DNA of 64,000 nucleotides from Amphiscolops sp. MND2022 (Eukaryota): NCBI GenBank assembly GCA_964187785.1, contig OZ076414.1, positions 6,324,001 to 6,388,000 of the forward strand, read 5' to 3'. Shown piece by piece: positions 36,755 to 46,762 of this stretch (position 1 is its first letter; each line of letters starts with the position of its first letter). The notes under the pieces were generated by a model. It saw only the letters and a program-made list of their open reading frames with translations, ran no database searches and was not told where the DNA came from. The position numbers and the translations under genes were made by a program.

Positions 36755-36844
36755 TTATTATAGAGTAATTATTTGAAGTAAATTTTCAATTTTTTTGCAT
36801 TTCAACTTCATTTTCATCAAGTGTTATAACATTCGGGTAGAAAG

Positions 36845-37720
36845 CTAATACGATATAATAATTTTTTGAAATAGATTTAGTTTTTTCATAATAATTTTAA
36901 TCTCATCATGGGTTAATATACTCTTTTTCAGTAATGCTTCGTTATAACGTTCGGGAAAGTTATCAATTCTATAAGAAGGAATAGTGTCATCAATTATTTC
37001 TGTAATCGTATAAAGCTAATAACTCCAATTTGTTGAATCGCTTTTGGAAAAAATATTTCTTGTGTCAGCAGTTCTGACTAAATCCCCTAATTGATATTTA
37101 GGTTTTCGTTTCTTTCTTTTGTCTTGTAGATTTGTATATACTTCACTTTCATTAGACTTTTTCGATGCTTGAATTGGTGTCATTTTAGTTGAGCTGTGGA
37201 TTTTATTGTTGTATTTGCTTGTTATTGTTGAAAGTTCATCTATCCTGATAGCATTTCCTTTCTCAAATACTGGTTTTTTCAAGAGGTCGCGAATCGTTCT
37301 GTTAAATCTCTCAGCAAACACTGCTCCCTTAGAAGTATATCTACTGTATCGTTTGATGTCGTTGAGTTTCAACAAATCAGTAAACATTTTATTTGTAAAT
37401 TCTTTTCCATCATCTGTCTCTAATAGTTTTGGTTTTCTTTTTGAATTGTTTATTATGTTTGAAAATGCTTCTGTTACTGTTTTAGCAAACTTATTCTTTA
37501 AAGGAACAGTCCATCCAAATTTACTGAAGTTGTCTATAACAGTTAAAATGTATTTGTGATCTGTATTGTTTTTAACTCCATAATCATCCATTTGGAGTAA
37601 GTCTGCGCTCCAAGTATCATCAATAGATTTAAGAAGTGTTTTATTTGTTTCATAGTTTTTCTTGAGTGGTTTCGAGTAAATTTCGTTTATGAAAGTATCA
37701 ATCAGAGTCTGTTTTATCAT
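36845..37720 (-). pseudogene. int: Retroviral-like (rve) DDE integrase of the Polinton; one in-frame stop at 37016
   Basis: WSADL..VIDNFSK, ETDDGKEF and AERFNRTIR; the frame continues after the stop to 36845. Confidence 0.95.
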
Positions 37721-38375
37721 TTAGTTTCAGAAAATAACATGCTTTGATTTCTTGTAGGAGATATAATCGTTCATCAACTTTGTCTCCTTTTGACATATTT
37801 TCTTTTGAATATAGGGGTCGTAAATTCCTCCAGTTAAAACATTTTCTTAATTCATCTTCGTTGAACAGATTAAAAGAATATATTGCTAAGGTATGATCGA
37901 TTCGCCAAACTTTTCCATAATTCTTCATCGTCATTTCTCCGTAAAGTTGGAATTGGATCCAATCTCTGAGAAATTTTTGAGAACAACCGATTAATTCAAA
38001 AGTCTTGTTGTTTTTGGTGACATTTTGAGATTTAAAAGCTGCTCTTGTTCTGTTTTGTAAATTTTTAGTTAATTTGAATGTAGGATTTGTGTTTCTTTTA
38101 TCTTTATACCGGTTGTTTATTTTTTCTCTGTTGATTTTATTATACCCTTTCTTTTTAAGGGTAAGTTTTTCTTTATAATTTTGGTAATAATTTTTAGAGT
38201 ATTCTTTTCTTTCATAAAAATTATTTCTCATTTCATAATTACATCGCTTACAATCGTTTCTATAATTGTTAGTGTCTTTTCTAAAATAAAAGTTGGAGAT
38301 AATTTGAACAATATCACATTTGTTACATTTCTTAACAATAATATAATCGAGTAAATCTTTAATTGAACTACTCAT
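37698..38375 (-). CDS. HNH endonuclease-like protein with N-terminal CxxC..CxxC
   Basis: CNKC..CKRC followed by WRIDH..F.L....CFNWRNLRPL...ENMSKGDK, the HNH pattern seen in large DNA virus nucleases; open 225 aa. Confidence 0.82.
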   Translation of the reverse strand: MSSSIKDLLDYIIVKKCNKCDIVQIISNFYFRKDTNNYRNDCKRCNYEMRNNFYERKEYSKNYYQNYKEKLTLKKKGYNKINREKINNRYKDKRNTNPTFKLTKNLQNRTRAAFKSQNVTKNNKTFELIGCSQKFLRDWIQFQLYGEMTMKNYGKVWRIDHTLAIYSFNLFNEDELRKCFNWRNLRPLYSKENMSKGDKVDERLYLLQEIKACYFLKLNDKTDSD

Positions 38376-38403
38376 TTAATTGATACTCTTTTCTTGAAAT
38401 TAA

Positions 38404-38845
38404 TTATCTAACTTTCAGATACAATCCAGAACCATCTGTCAGTTCGCCAATTTTCACTGCTCCACGACCGCTGACTCCAAACTTTCCAGCAGCCATTCCC
38501 GCATTCATAATAAATTTTGAATTTTTAGTTGCAGCTGCTGCTCCAAGCTGGCTCGCAATTTGAAAAGCTCTTGTAGGGTTATTTATAATAATTTTTCCAA
38601 CATGTTTTCCTACGGGTTTTAGAGCTTTGTTCCAAACATTCTTAAAAAAATTTCTTTATTCCCTCACCTTCCATTTCCAATTGTTGTTGTGTATAAGGCA
38701 GACATTTGATTTTATTACAACAATGACAATACCCTTTCAGATAGAGACCACCAGAACCAGTCATATGTCCATAAGGTCTGTCAGTTCTCCCACAAGTTCC
38801 ACATTTACAATTTGAATTGCTTAGAAATTTAGTTCCTCTAGTCAT
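38404..38845 (-). pseudogene. Putative core / membrane-lytic precursor (adenovirus pVI-like), frameshift in a T-run
   Basis: Adenain-type sites MTGSG and MEGEG, then amphipathic GIKKFFKNVWNKALKPVGKHVGK once the 1-nt slip near 38645 is removed; ends GSGLYLKVR. Confidence 0.65.
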
Positions 38846-39004
38846 TTACTTAGTTAAAATCTGTGATTTGTTTCTACTACAAATACTACATTCACCTCTG
38901 ATAATTTTAACAATTTTGTTAGTTCTTGGGTTAATCTTTTCATAAATGATTTTGTTTATAGTGTCACAATAATGTCTTCCTCCAACACAGTAAGTTTCAT
39001 TCAT
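38846..39004 (-). CDS. Small Cys-containing protein (52 aa)
   Basis: MNETYCVGGRHYC...RGECSICSRNKSQILTK; its TAA abuts the next ATG. Confidence 0.65.
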   Translation of the reverse strand: MNETYCVGGRHYCDTINKIIYEKINPRTNKIVKIIRGECSICSRNKSQILTK

Positions 39005-39130
39005 TTATTTATTTATAATCAGATTCATAAATAGGAGGTGCTGATGGTTCGAAATCGTTATTAGACTTATTTTTGTTAGTGTTAATATTAATGTTTATAT
39101 TCAAGAAGTTATACTTTTTGTTAGATATAT

Positions 39131-39751
39131 TTACATTATCTTTGCTAAAAAAGTGTTTAGTTTCTGTATTTGTTCAGGATTTATAGTATCTGACATATTC
39201 ATCTTTCCGAAAACTTCTTCAACTGAAAATTTAGTACTTTTCATAATATCCTTCCTTTTTTCTAGATAATGGTTATATATCTGTTTCAATTCTTCACCTT
39301 CTTTCTCATCAATTTTCTTATCCACCATTGACTTTGTAAGAGTTTTCTCATACAGAAGGGTGATCATATTAACATGATCTCGTAGTTTAGTATATCTGGC
39401 TTTGCGTTTAGACAAATACTCATTTGTTATTAGAGTAGCAATCGATGCAATGAAAGCTGATACACCAGCAATAGGAACACCAATAGTTGCTCCAACACCT
39501 GTCGCTGTTAAAGTTGAACCAACAACAACACCACTTGCTCCTGTTAAAACTTCTAATACTGAAATATAAACTTTCTTCTTATTTATAGAGTTGTATTTCT
39601 TTTTATAGTAATCAATATCAATCTTCAGCGATTTCAGAATGCTTTCAAAATCATGTTTTTCGGTTTTGTATTTTAATGTTTTAATTTCATCATCTTTTGT
39701 AGTTATTTCTAGTAACTCTGCTTCAGTTTTTAATGTAGGATATGTATTCAT
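39131..39751 (-). CDS. Coiled-coil protein with Gly-rich hydrophobic hairpin (candidate membrane-active protein)
   Basis: Open 206 aa; VLEVLTGASGVVVGSTLTATGVGATIGVPIAGVSAFIASIATLI is flanked by charged helices. Confidence 0.7.
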   Translation of the reverse strand: MNTYPTLKTEAELLEITTKDDEIKTLKYKTEKHDFESILKSLKIDIDYYKKKYNSINKKKVYISVLEVLTGASGVVVGSTLTATGVGATIGVPIAGVSAFIASIATLITNEYLSKRKARYTKLRDHVNMITLLYEKTLTKSMVDKKIDEKEGEELKQIYNHYLEKRKDIMKSTKFSVEEVFGKMNMSDTINPEQIQKLNTFLAKIM

Positions 39752-39813
39752 TTATATATTTAAAATCTCTATTGTTAGATAGATGTAAAGCATAATATTC
39801 TTCAACTCCATAA

Positions 39814-40262
39814 TCATCCATTGTCAGATAGATGTAAAGCATAATATTCTTTTATCATTTTTTGTCTATGAATTTTTTCCAAAGCTATATTTTTTATAAT
39901 TTTTATTTCGTAAATTGTGAAACCACTTTGTTTCAATATCCCTTCATCAGTTAAACTTAATAGTAAAAATAAACTTCTTTCATGTCTTACGTCTTCAAAA
40001 AGAGATATAAAATAGTTTTCCATTTCTATTTATTATATATTAATTCTAAGATTGACTCTTCTTCATTTTTTTGTTCTTCATAACATTCGTCAATTGTTTT
40101 GATTAGAGATTTAATTAAACTATCATGTAGTGATTGTATATGTCTTCTTGATAATCCACTTTATCCAACTAAATCTTGATTTGACAAAATAGCTGAAACT
40201 AAAATAATTTTTTCAATATCTTTTATTGAAAACATTTGTTTTTCCAACCAAGTTTCAGACAT
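39814..40262 (-). pseudogene. Two short unknown ORFs (39814-40023 and ~40040-40262)
   Basis: Short helical-looking frames; the upstream one begins at TAAATG and has an internal stop. Confidence 0.4.
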
Positions 40263-40288
40263 TTATTATTTCAAAAAACAAGATGAAA

Positions 40289-41885
40289 CTATTTAGGAGA
40301 ATGATAATCAATATTAATATCAAAAAATGCCATGTCACTTTCATAGTTTGAAATTTCATCGAAATAGAATCTAATTCCTCGATTATCTTCTGAAAAGGTT
40401 TCTTCTAAAAACACCCATCCACTAGTTTGTTCTTTTGCTGGAAAGATTACTTTATCTGCCCATTGATAATCTAAAGATTCATACTGTAACCTAAATCTAC
40501 ACATATTAATTCCTAATCTGTGATACCAAAATTTAATTCTTGTAATATTTGCATGATAGGAATATTTAGCAATCGCGTATCTATCAGGTCCGTAATTTGG
40601 ACTACTTGTTTCAATATAAGCATAATATTCTCCAATTGGTGGAAGAAAATCAGGACCAGTTTCACTTGAACTAGTACGACTATTAGAAGATTTGAAAAAT
40701 CCTGTTAAAGAATTCATTCCTGAAGAAATTTCTAAATCCCAATCTGTCCACAAATCTATACCACTATTATTTGTAAATATTGTCGTTATTTGAAGTTCGT
40801 AGAACACTCTTTTATCAACATATTCTTTAGTAGCAATTGGAAAAGAAACTTCGCCAATCATCGTATTAACGAGTATTGGAATCAAATCAGATGAACTTAA
40901 CAGTGTTATGTTTGGATCTTGTTTTAAACCTCCAGATTTAGAATCTACATATTGTTTAGTTGCTACTTCAAGTGGGTTCAGGGGATCGTTATTTATCTGG
41001 ATACTTTTTACGTTTATTAATTCATTATTGTTCATGCTGTTTTGTTTGTTATTTCGTAATATAGAAGTTTCGTCTAGTATAGTATCTACATAGATTTTAT
41101 TGGTTGCATCTTGGGGAGATATAGGATCATCGTTTATTTGAATACTTTTTATATTAGTTAAACTATAATTACTAAAGTCATTATTTTGGTTATTTTTTAC
41201 CAAATCGTTTGCTCATCATAAAATTCTAGTCCAACGTCTCGTCGTGTTCGTTCATTTTCTTGATGGAACGAATCAACATATGCTTTTGATACTAATTCAT
41301 TATCATTGACTGCTTGGGAAGTTACACTAAGACTTGAGACATTATATAAACTATGATTGTCGAAATCGTTATCTCTATCTCGTCTTACTAAATTTGTGTT
41401 TAATGGAATATATAAAATAGTTTTCGGAGTTGTTAAATTACTTTCCATTGTGATGAAATCTTTTCCAGCTAATTGTAATTTTTCATCTTTATGTAATCTT
41501 AACAATGAAATTCATCAATAGATTTATCTGTATATTGCTTTGTTGTTAATTCTAAATCATATTGAGGGTCTCTATTTACATAAACACTTTCTAATCCAGT
41601 AATAGTATTTCCATTGAAGTTGTTATTTTTATTATTTCTAACAATTGAATTGTTGTCTAATTCACTAATTGAGACTAACTTATTTGTTTTACTATCTACA
41701 TAAAATTTTGTAGCAGGATCTTGTAAATTTGTAGGATTTGGAAGGTTTTTTATTTTAAACTGATTTTTCATGTCTATATCTTCTTCCATAGATGATTCAA
41801 TATAGTTTGCTTTGACATAACTTTTCGTAACTCCTGTAGTGCTATTACTACTCCCAGAGATAGCTCTTCCAAATTTATCTGTCAT
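40289..41885 (-). pseudogene. Fibre/adhesin-like protein: KxYVD shaft repeats plus C-terminal MAM-like domain; split by two frameshifts
   Basis: Six repeats (ATKFYVD, TTKQYTD, VSKAYVD, TNKIYVD, ATKQYVD, ATKEYVD); head with TGP..GEYYAYIETSSP, FWYH..G and DMAFFDINI. Confidence 0.8.
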
Positions 41886-41895
41886 TTACTAACAT

Positions 41896-42024
41896 CATAA
41901 TCGTTCTAGTATTTTAAAATACCAGAATCATAATCATTCTAGTATTTCACTAAATATCCGTTACTTTCATCATAATCGTTCTAATATTTCACTAAATATC
42001 AGTTACTAAAGTCATAATCGTTCT
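41896..42024. repeat. Four imperfect 33-42-bp tandem units (CATAATCGTTCT core)
   Basis: Core at 41896, 41929, 41971 and 42013, between the protease and fibre genes. Confidence 0.8.
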
Positions 42025-42417
42025 TGTAAAACTATTTCCTTGATTCATATTTTCTAAAAAGTATAAACAATAACTTGCACAATTTGAGTTTTTTATATTT
42101 TGAATTGAATTAGAATAAATATAACACTCACACACTTTCTCAGGATGGCGTTCTGCTAATTAATTTGCTATCTCCTTAGGTGGTTCTGCGCAAAAACCGT
42201 CGAAATAGTAGTAATCTTTAAAGGCTACAAAGTGAGTTCCATTTTTATAATCATCAGTTAAGTTTATAATTCCTTGCTTTGTTGTGAGTTCATCAGTTCT
42301 AATGTATATGTTAAAATCTTCTAGACCTATTTTCTTTGCTACTTCAGCTACTTTCATTCCTGATGTTGCTTCATTTTTTAAGTTGTGTTGTTTCATAAAT
42401 TTATTAATACGACTCAT
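41992..42417 (-). pseudogene. Adenain-like cysteine maturation protease; one in-frame stop at 42160
   Basis: GTHFV (His), YYFD (Asp) and IQN...NCASYCL (Gln/Cys) in one frame across the TAA. Confidence 0.9.
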
Positions 42418-42437
42418 TTATATATCTTATTTTGCTA

Positions 42438-43715
42438 TCAAATAATGTCAAACTGGCGCTGACCATCTGAACTTACAGATACAATTTTCTGTGTTAATAC
42501 CAGAGCTGTTGCTTGGTAGTTGGTTGCAACTGAGTCATATCCTGCTCTGAATTTAAAATTGATTGAAATTGGTTGTGCTGATGGATTATCTTTTTGTGCT
42601 CTTAAGTCGAATACCCAAAGGTTGTAAAGTTCTTTGAAATCTCTAAATGTTGTGTATGGACTACCTTCACCTTTAATATAATCTTTATAGAATCTTCGAA
42701 TTTCGTTATAAGGCTCATTATACTTATTTCTTTCAAAATCTACTTGATATTCATGTTCAGGATATCTAACTGTTCCAACATTACAAGACGCTTCAATTAC
42801 ATCAAGTCTATCAAATATAGCATTTTTTTGTTCCTGATTAGGACCTGCTCGTGCTGCTGACTGGAAACCAACAATGACATATATTGGCACATCCGTTCCA
42901 GATTCTGTTCCTATCTCCACTCTCCAATTGTTGTTTGAATTGACAGGTTTTGATGAAATCATCCTTGAAACATAAGAACAGTCAGTGTTTTTCTTTGCTA
43001 AAATATGTTCATTTACGAGAGAAATTTTATCAAATGATGGAGTATCATGTCTCACATACCAAACAATGTCTTTGATGTCAATTTTTGCTTCATCACCAAT
43101 AGTTCGGTATATACTATTTCCACTATTAGCTCGTTTCATTGTTAATGTGTATCCTAATCCATAATTTATTTTATCAAGATGAGCTATAAAACCAAATACA
43201 TCTTTAAGATAAACTCTAACGAATATTGTTCCTTTTTCTGGTGTATCATTAAGTATTCTATTTCGTTTTGTGTTGTCAATTGCATCTGTTGTTTCTTTTT
43301 TATAGTTTATCATCATATCTTCTTCGTTGTCTGATAGAAGTTTATACATCAAACTTGAAAGATAAACATTCTCAATACTCTCTAGTGGTTTTGATCCAAA
43401 CGATTTTAAAGACATTTCTCTAAATAAACTAATTCCAAACAAGTTATTAGATTGAATAGCGTTTCCGTCAGCGTATAAACTATCATCAGCATTTTTAACT
43501 ATTTGAACTTCTAGTTCTAGATATGAATCTCTTAGGTCAGCAAAGACATCTTCTCTAGGGATTATAACATTGAAGGGGGATGTTCCATTAACAGCAACAA
43601 GTGGAGTTTGGCGGTAAGCAACAAAATCTGATTTAAGTTTTGTTTTGTCAATAACTTCAACTCTATCAAGTTGATAGTTTTCAGATTGAGTAATTTCTAC
43701 AAAGTTGTTCTCCAT
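42438..43715 (-). CDS. Major capsid protein (double jelly-roll, Polinton-type)
   Basis: Intact 425 aa, beta-rich, between protease and penton; DLRDSYLELEV, PIYVIVGFQ, RYPE and LWVFDL segments typical of Polinton MCP. Confidence 0.88.
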   Translation of the reverse strand: MENNFVEITQSENYQLDRVEVIDKTKLKSDFVAYRQTPLVAVNGTSPFNVIIPREDVFADLRDSYLELEVQIVKNADDSLYADGNAIQSNNLFGISLFREMSLKSFGSKPLESIENVYLSSLMYKLLSDNEEDMMINYKKETTDAIDNTKRNRILNDTPEKGTIFVRVYLKDVFGFIAHLDKINYGLGYTLTMKRANSGNSIYRTIGDEAKIDIKDIVWYVRHDTPSFDKISLVNEHILAKKNTDCSYVSRMISSKPVNSNNNWRVEIGTESGTDVPIYVIVGFQSAARAGPNQEQKNAIFDRLDVIEASCNVGTVRYPEHEYQVDFERNKYNEPYNEIRRFYKDYIKGEGSPYTTFRDFKELYNLWVFDLRAQKDNPSAQPISINFKFRAGYDSVATNYQATALVLTQKIVSVSSDGQRQFDII

Positions 43716-43732
43716 TTATGAAATAGAAATTA

Positions 43733-43888
43733 CTAGTTTGTTTTATAAATTTTTGTGAAACCTGAACCTGTTAGTTTTCTTAGTTTCTCATAGTTTTCTT
43801 TAGTTAATTTCGTTTTAGGGGTAGTTGTTTTTGGTTTGGTAAATTGTTTTGGATAACTTATAGTCTTTTTATTAGGATTAAGTCCCAT
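43733..43888 (-). CDS. Small basic core-like protein (51 aa)
   Basis: MGLNPNKKTISYPKQFTKPKTTTPKTKLTKENYEKLRKLTGSGFTKIYKTN; TAAATG start; adenain-type LTGSG site. Confidence 0.65.
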   Translation of the reverse strand: MGLNPNKKTISYPKQFTKPKTTTPKTKLTKENYEKLRKLTGSGFTKIYKTN

Positions 43889-44020
43889 TTATATATTATA
43901 ATTTCATATCAATTCGATATTATCTTCATCTCTTTATATCAATTCGATTACCATTATTATCTTCAACTCTTTATCTGAATCTAGAATTCAATATTATCTT
44001 CATTTTCTTACATATAAAAA

Positions 44021-44781
44021 CTATGAATTCTTTTTCATGTGAAGTGTGAAAGCAACAGTTTCTCCATGGTTGTCAATTCGATTACCATTATCATCTTCCA
44101 TCCAAAACTCTATAGCGTCAAGTTTTTCCATATAAATATGTTTATAAAGAACGAGGTTCGGTTCTCGAACAATTTTAGCACCAGGAGCCTCATTTAAGAC
44201 AACAGTAAATAAAATATTTGATGGATATCCGTTTCGTAGAGAACCAACAATACAATCACAACAAACGTGAAGACGATGAATATCAATAATATTGACTTTG
44301 TTTTTAGAGTAGTTATATGAATCTGTTAAAATCTTTGATTCAAATCCCAAGAGGTCTCTTAATGTGTTAGGTTGTGTGAAATCAATTTGATGTCCATCAG
44401 CAAGGCGTATGATAGAATGAAGAGTGGCTGTGTTAGCTTTAAGAATTATGGGACTTTCTGTTTCATCTGTATAATGACTTCAAGAGAAAGTTGTCTGACA
44501 ATTTCATCATTAATCTGTTCTATTTCATAAGCGCCGTATGGAAAAACAATTTCTTTCCAATTTAAGCCATCAAAATATATAATTTTATTGTTTTTGGAGG
44601 TTACGTTGAATATAGAATTGTAAGTATTAAAAGATGTAACACCCATGACCTAATTTCCATCTGAAAGGTCAGTGCTATCTAGTAGGTCCAATCTATATTC
44701 ATTTGTTTAATATTCTACTTCTATAGGAATTTGAGGTAGAGGACGAGTATTTTTCTCAATTTGAATCAAAGTTTTCTCCAT
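44021..44781 (-). pseudogene. Minor capsid protein (penton), frameshifted
   Basis: MEKTLIQIEKNTRP start, YNSIFNVTSKNNK, PYGAYEIEQIN, LLGF, VNIIDI..HVCCDCI and DDNGNRID; position next to MCP. Confidence 0.85.
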
Positions 44782-44853
44782 TTATTTAATGAAAATTTTC
44801 ATACCCTTTTCATATTCAGTGTTTGATATATTGTTGAAGTATCTTGATGACTA

Positions 44854-45714
44854 TTAATCAGTGAAAAGTCTCATACTTTTATCATATTCAGTGTTTGTTA
44901 TCTCCTCCATTCGTAAAAGTTCGGCTAATATTGCTGAAGCCTCACGATAAGCAATTTTATTTCCCGCGAATGATTCACCAACTAGAACTTCTAACCTTTC
45001 AACTAAAGTATTTGGATCAGATGATAGAAATATAAAACTAGTTCCCTGTCCCTCAATATTTTGGTATTGGAAGTCTTCAATTTATTTGAGTGCTTTATAA
45101 AGATTTGATTTAACATCTCGTCCCAATCCACCAGCATAATCTACAAATTCAACAAGAGCTTCTTTTTCCTCATCGGATAGTTGTGTAAAGTCAGCTTTAT
45201 TACCCCTCATAAACAATTGAAGAAAGAGTGGAGTTATTTCAAATTCAAGGTCGTTAAATTTTATCTTGTTATCAATAATTTTGAATGGGTTTTCATTCAC
45301 CTTGTAATTGTTGAAATTTTCTTTAGTGAATTCAAATTTTGCCTGTGTGTTATCTTCGTTTAACAAGGCAGCAATTTTGTCAGATATATCACCATCTATT
45401 GAAACAATATTTTGACTAACTTCATCCTCTGATGGACCTTCTATTGATTCTAATGTTTCATCTTGGATTGTTGGAGCTGTGATTGCTTTTAATGTTTCAA
45501 AAGCTTGCTTTTGATCATCTTGTCCTTGTTTGATAACTTCAGTTTGTTTTTCTTGTAGTTTTGTGATAGGGGCGTATTGTTCAGCTAAATCGTAATTCTG
45601 TGTGGTTTTTAATATTTTGTTGTTTAACCGTAGTTTTTTGATATCTTTTTTCTGGTTAATAATTTTTTTGAGTTTTTCGAGGTCTTCAATATTGGTTGGT
45701 GTGTAATAGGTCAT
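44854..45714 (-). pseudogene. Conserved Polinton core/structural protein; in-frame stop at 45082
   Basis: N-terminal coiled coil (EQYAPIT). After the stop the frame continues IEGQG..SSDPNTLVERLEVLVGESFAGN..LAELLR. Confidence 0.7.
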
Positions 45715-45815
45715 TTATAAATCATAAATTGATTCTTAAAAATCATAAATTTGATTTTTGGATATAATCATAATTCCACACCTCATGACAAAATTGTTCC
45801 TTTATAAATCAAAAA

Positions 45816-46571
45816 CTAAGCAAATGGATTGGTAGAAGGAAGGTATAGGGTATTTAAATTCTTCCGATATTTGCCATCGTTTTTCTTTTTGGTTAAATCA
45901 ATAGTTATAAAGTTATAATCATCATTCCACACATCATGACAAAATTGTTTAAACTCTTTTATTACCATATCTGTAGAAGATAGTTGTCTATGAATGCATT
46001 CTACATTAGCAAAATTATTAGTGGTAAAAAAAGTGGTGAATAATTGTTGAGTTTTCTCTTATCGTGTCTTTAGGAAGCTCGTAGAAGCCGTGTGATATGA
46101 CGAAAATTGAAAGATTGTTATGATGACCCCTCTTGAATAACATTTGAAGACGAGGGTCTTGTAATTGTTGTTTGTTCAAGTCATCAAGAATTATTACAGT
46201 ATGTATGTCTGATTCATATTCTTGAGGATCTTTCAATTCATCTATGTTGTCATAACTTTCACATTCTATATTCGATGTTTCAAAGTCTTCATCGTTGATA
46301 ATTTCTTCTATTGTAGTGTCTAGTTCATCAAGAGGAATTTGTTCTTTTAAAATATTTTGAATAACGTTCAGAGGTAAGAAACTGTTGAAGCATTTGATTA
46401 TAGTTTTATAAGTTGGTTGATGAATAGTTGGAGAAAATATTAAAAAATTTTATCGAATTCGTTTATTATGTTGAATAATATTTTAAACAGGAGAGTTGAT
46501 TTACCACTTGCTGTTTTACCTGAGATAATACATCGCACAGGTTTTTCAGGATAAAGGTTTTTTTCAATCAT
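45816..46571 (-). pseudogene. A32/FtsK-like genome packaging ATPase, frameshifted
   Basis: Walker A GKTASGKS (~46500-46523), Walker B IILDD, and RGHHNNLSIFVISH..Y..P..IREN. Confidence 0.93.
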
Positions 46572-46730
46572 TTATATTTTTAAAATTCTTCTCTTTGATT
46601 GAAAGAATAGATATCCTAAAACTAATATAACCATAGCTATAACTATTATAGCAATTGGAATGGTAAATACTAGAGATTGTTTGAATACATCCACCATGTT
46701 ATCTGTATTCGTACAATTTGTTACATTCAT
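46572..46730 (-). CDS. 52-aa single-pass membrane protein
   Basis: MNVTNCTNTDNMVDVFKQSLVFTIPIAIIVIAMVILVLGYLFFQSKRRILKI: two N-sequons, one TM segment, basic tail; its TAA abuts the ATPase ATG. Confidence 0.7.
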   Translation of the reverse strand: MNVTNCTNTDNMVDVFKQSLVFTIPIAIIVIAMVILVLGYLFFQSKRRILKI

Positions 46731-46762
46731 TTATTTACTTGTAAATAGACACCAATCTAAAC

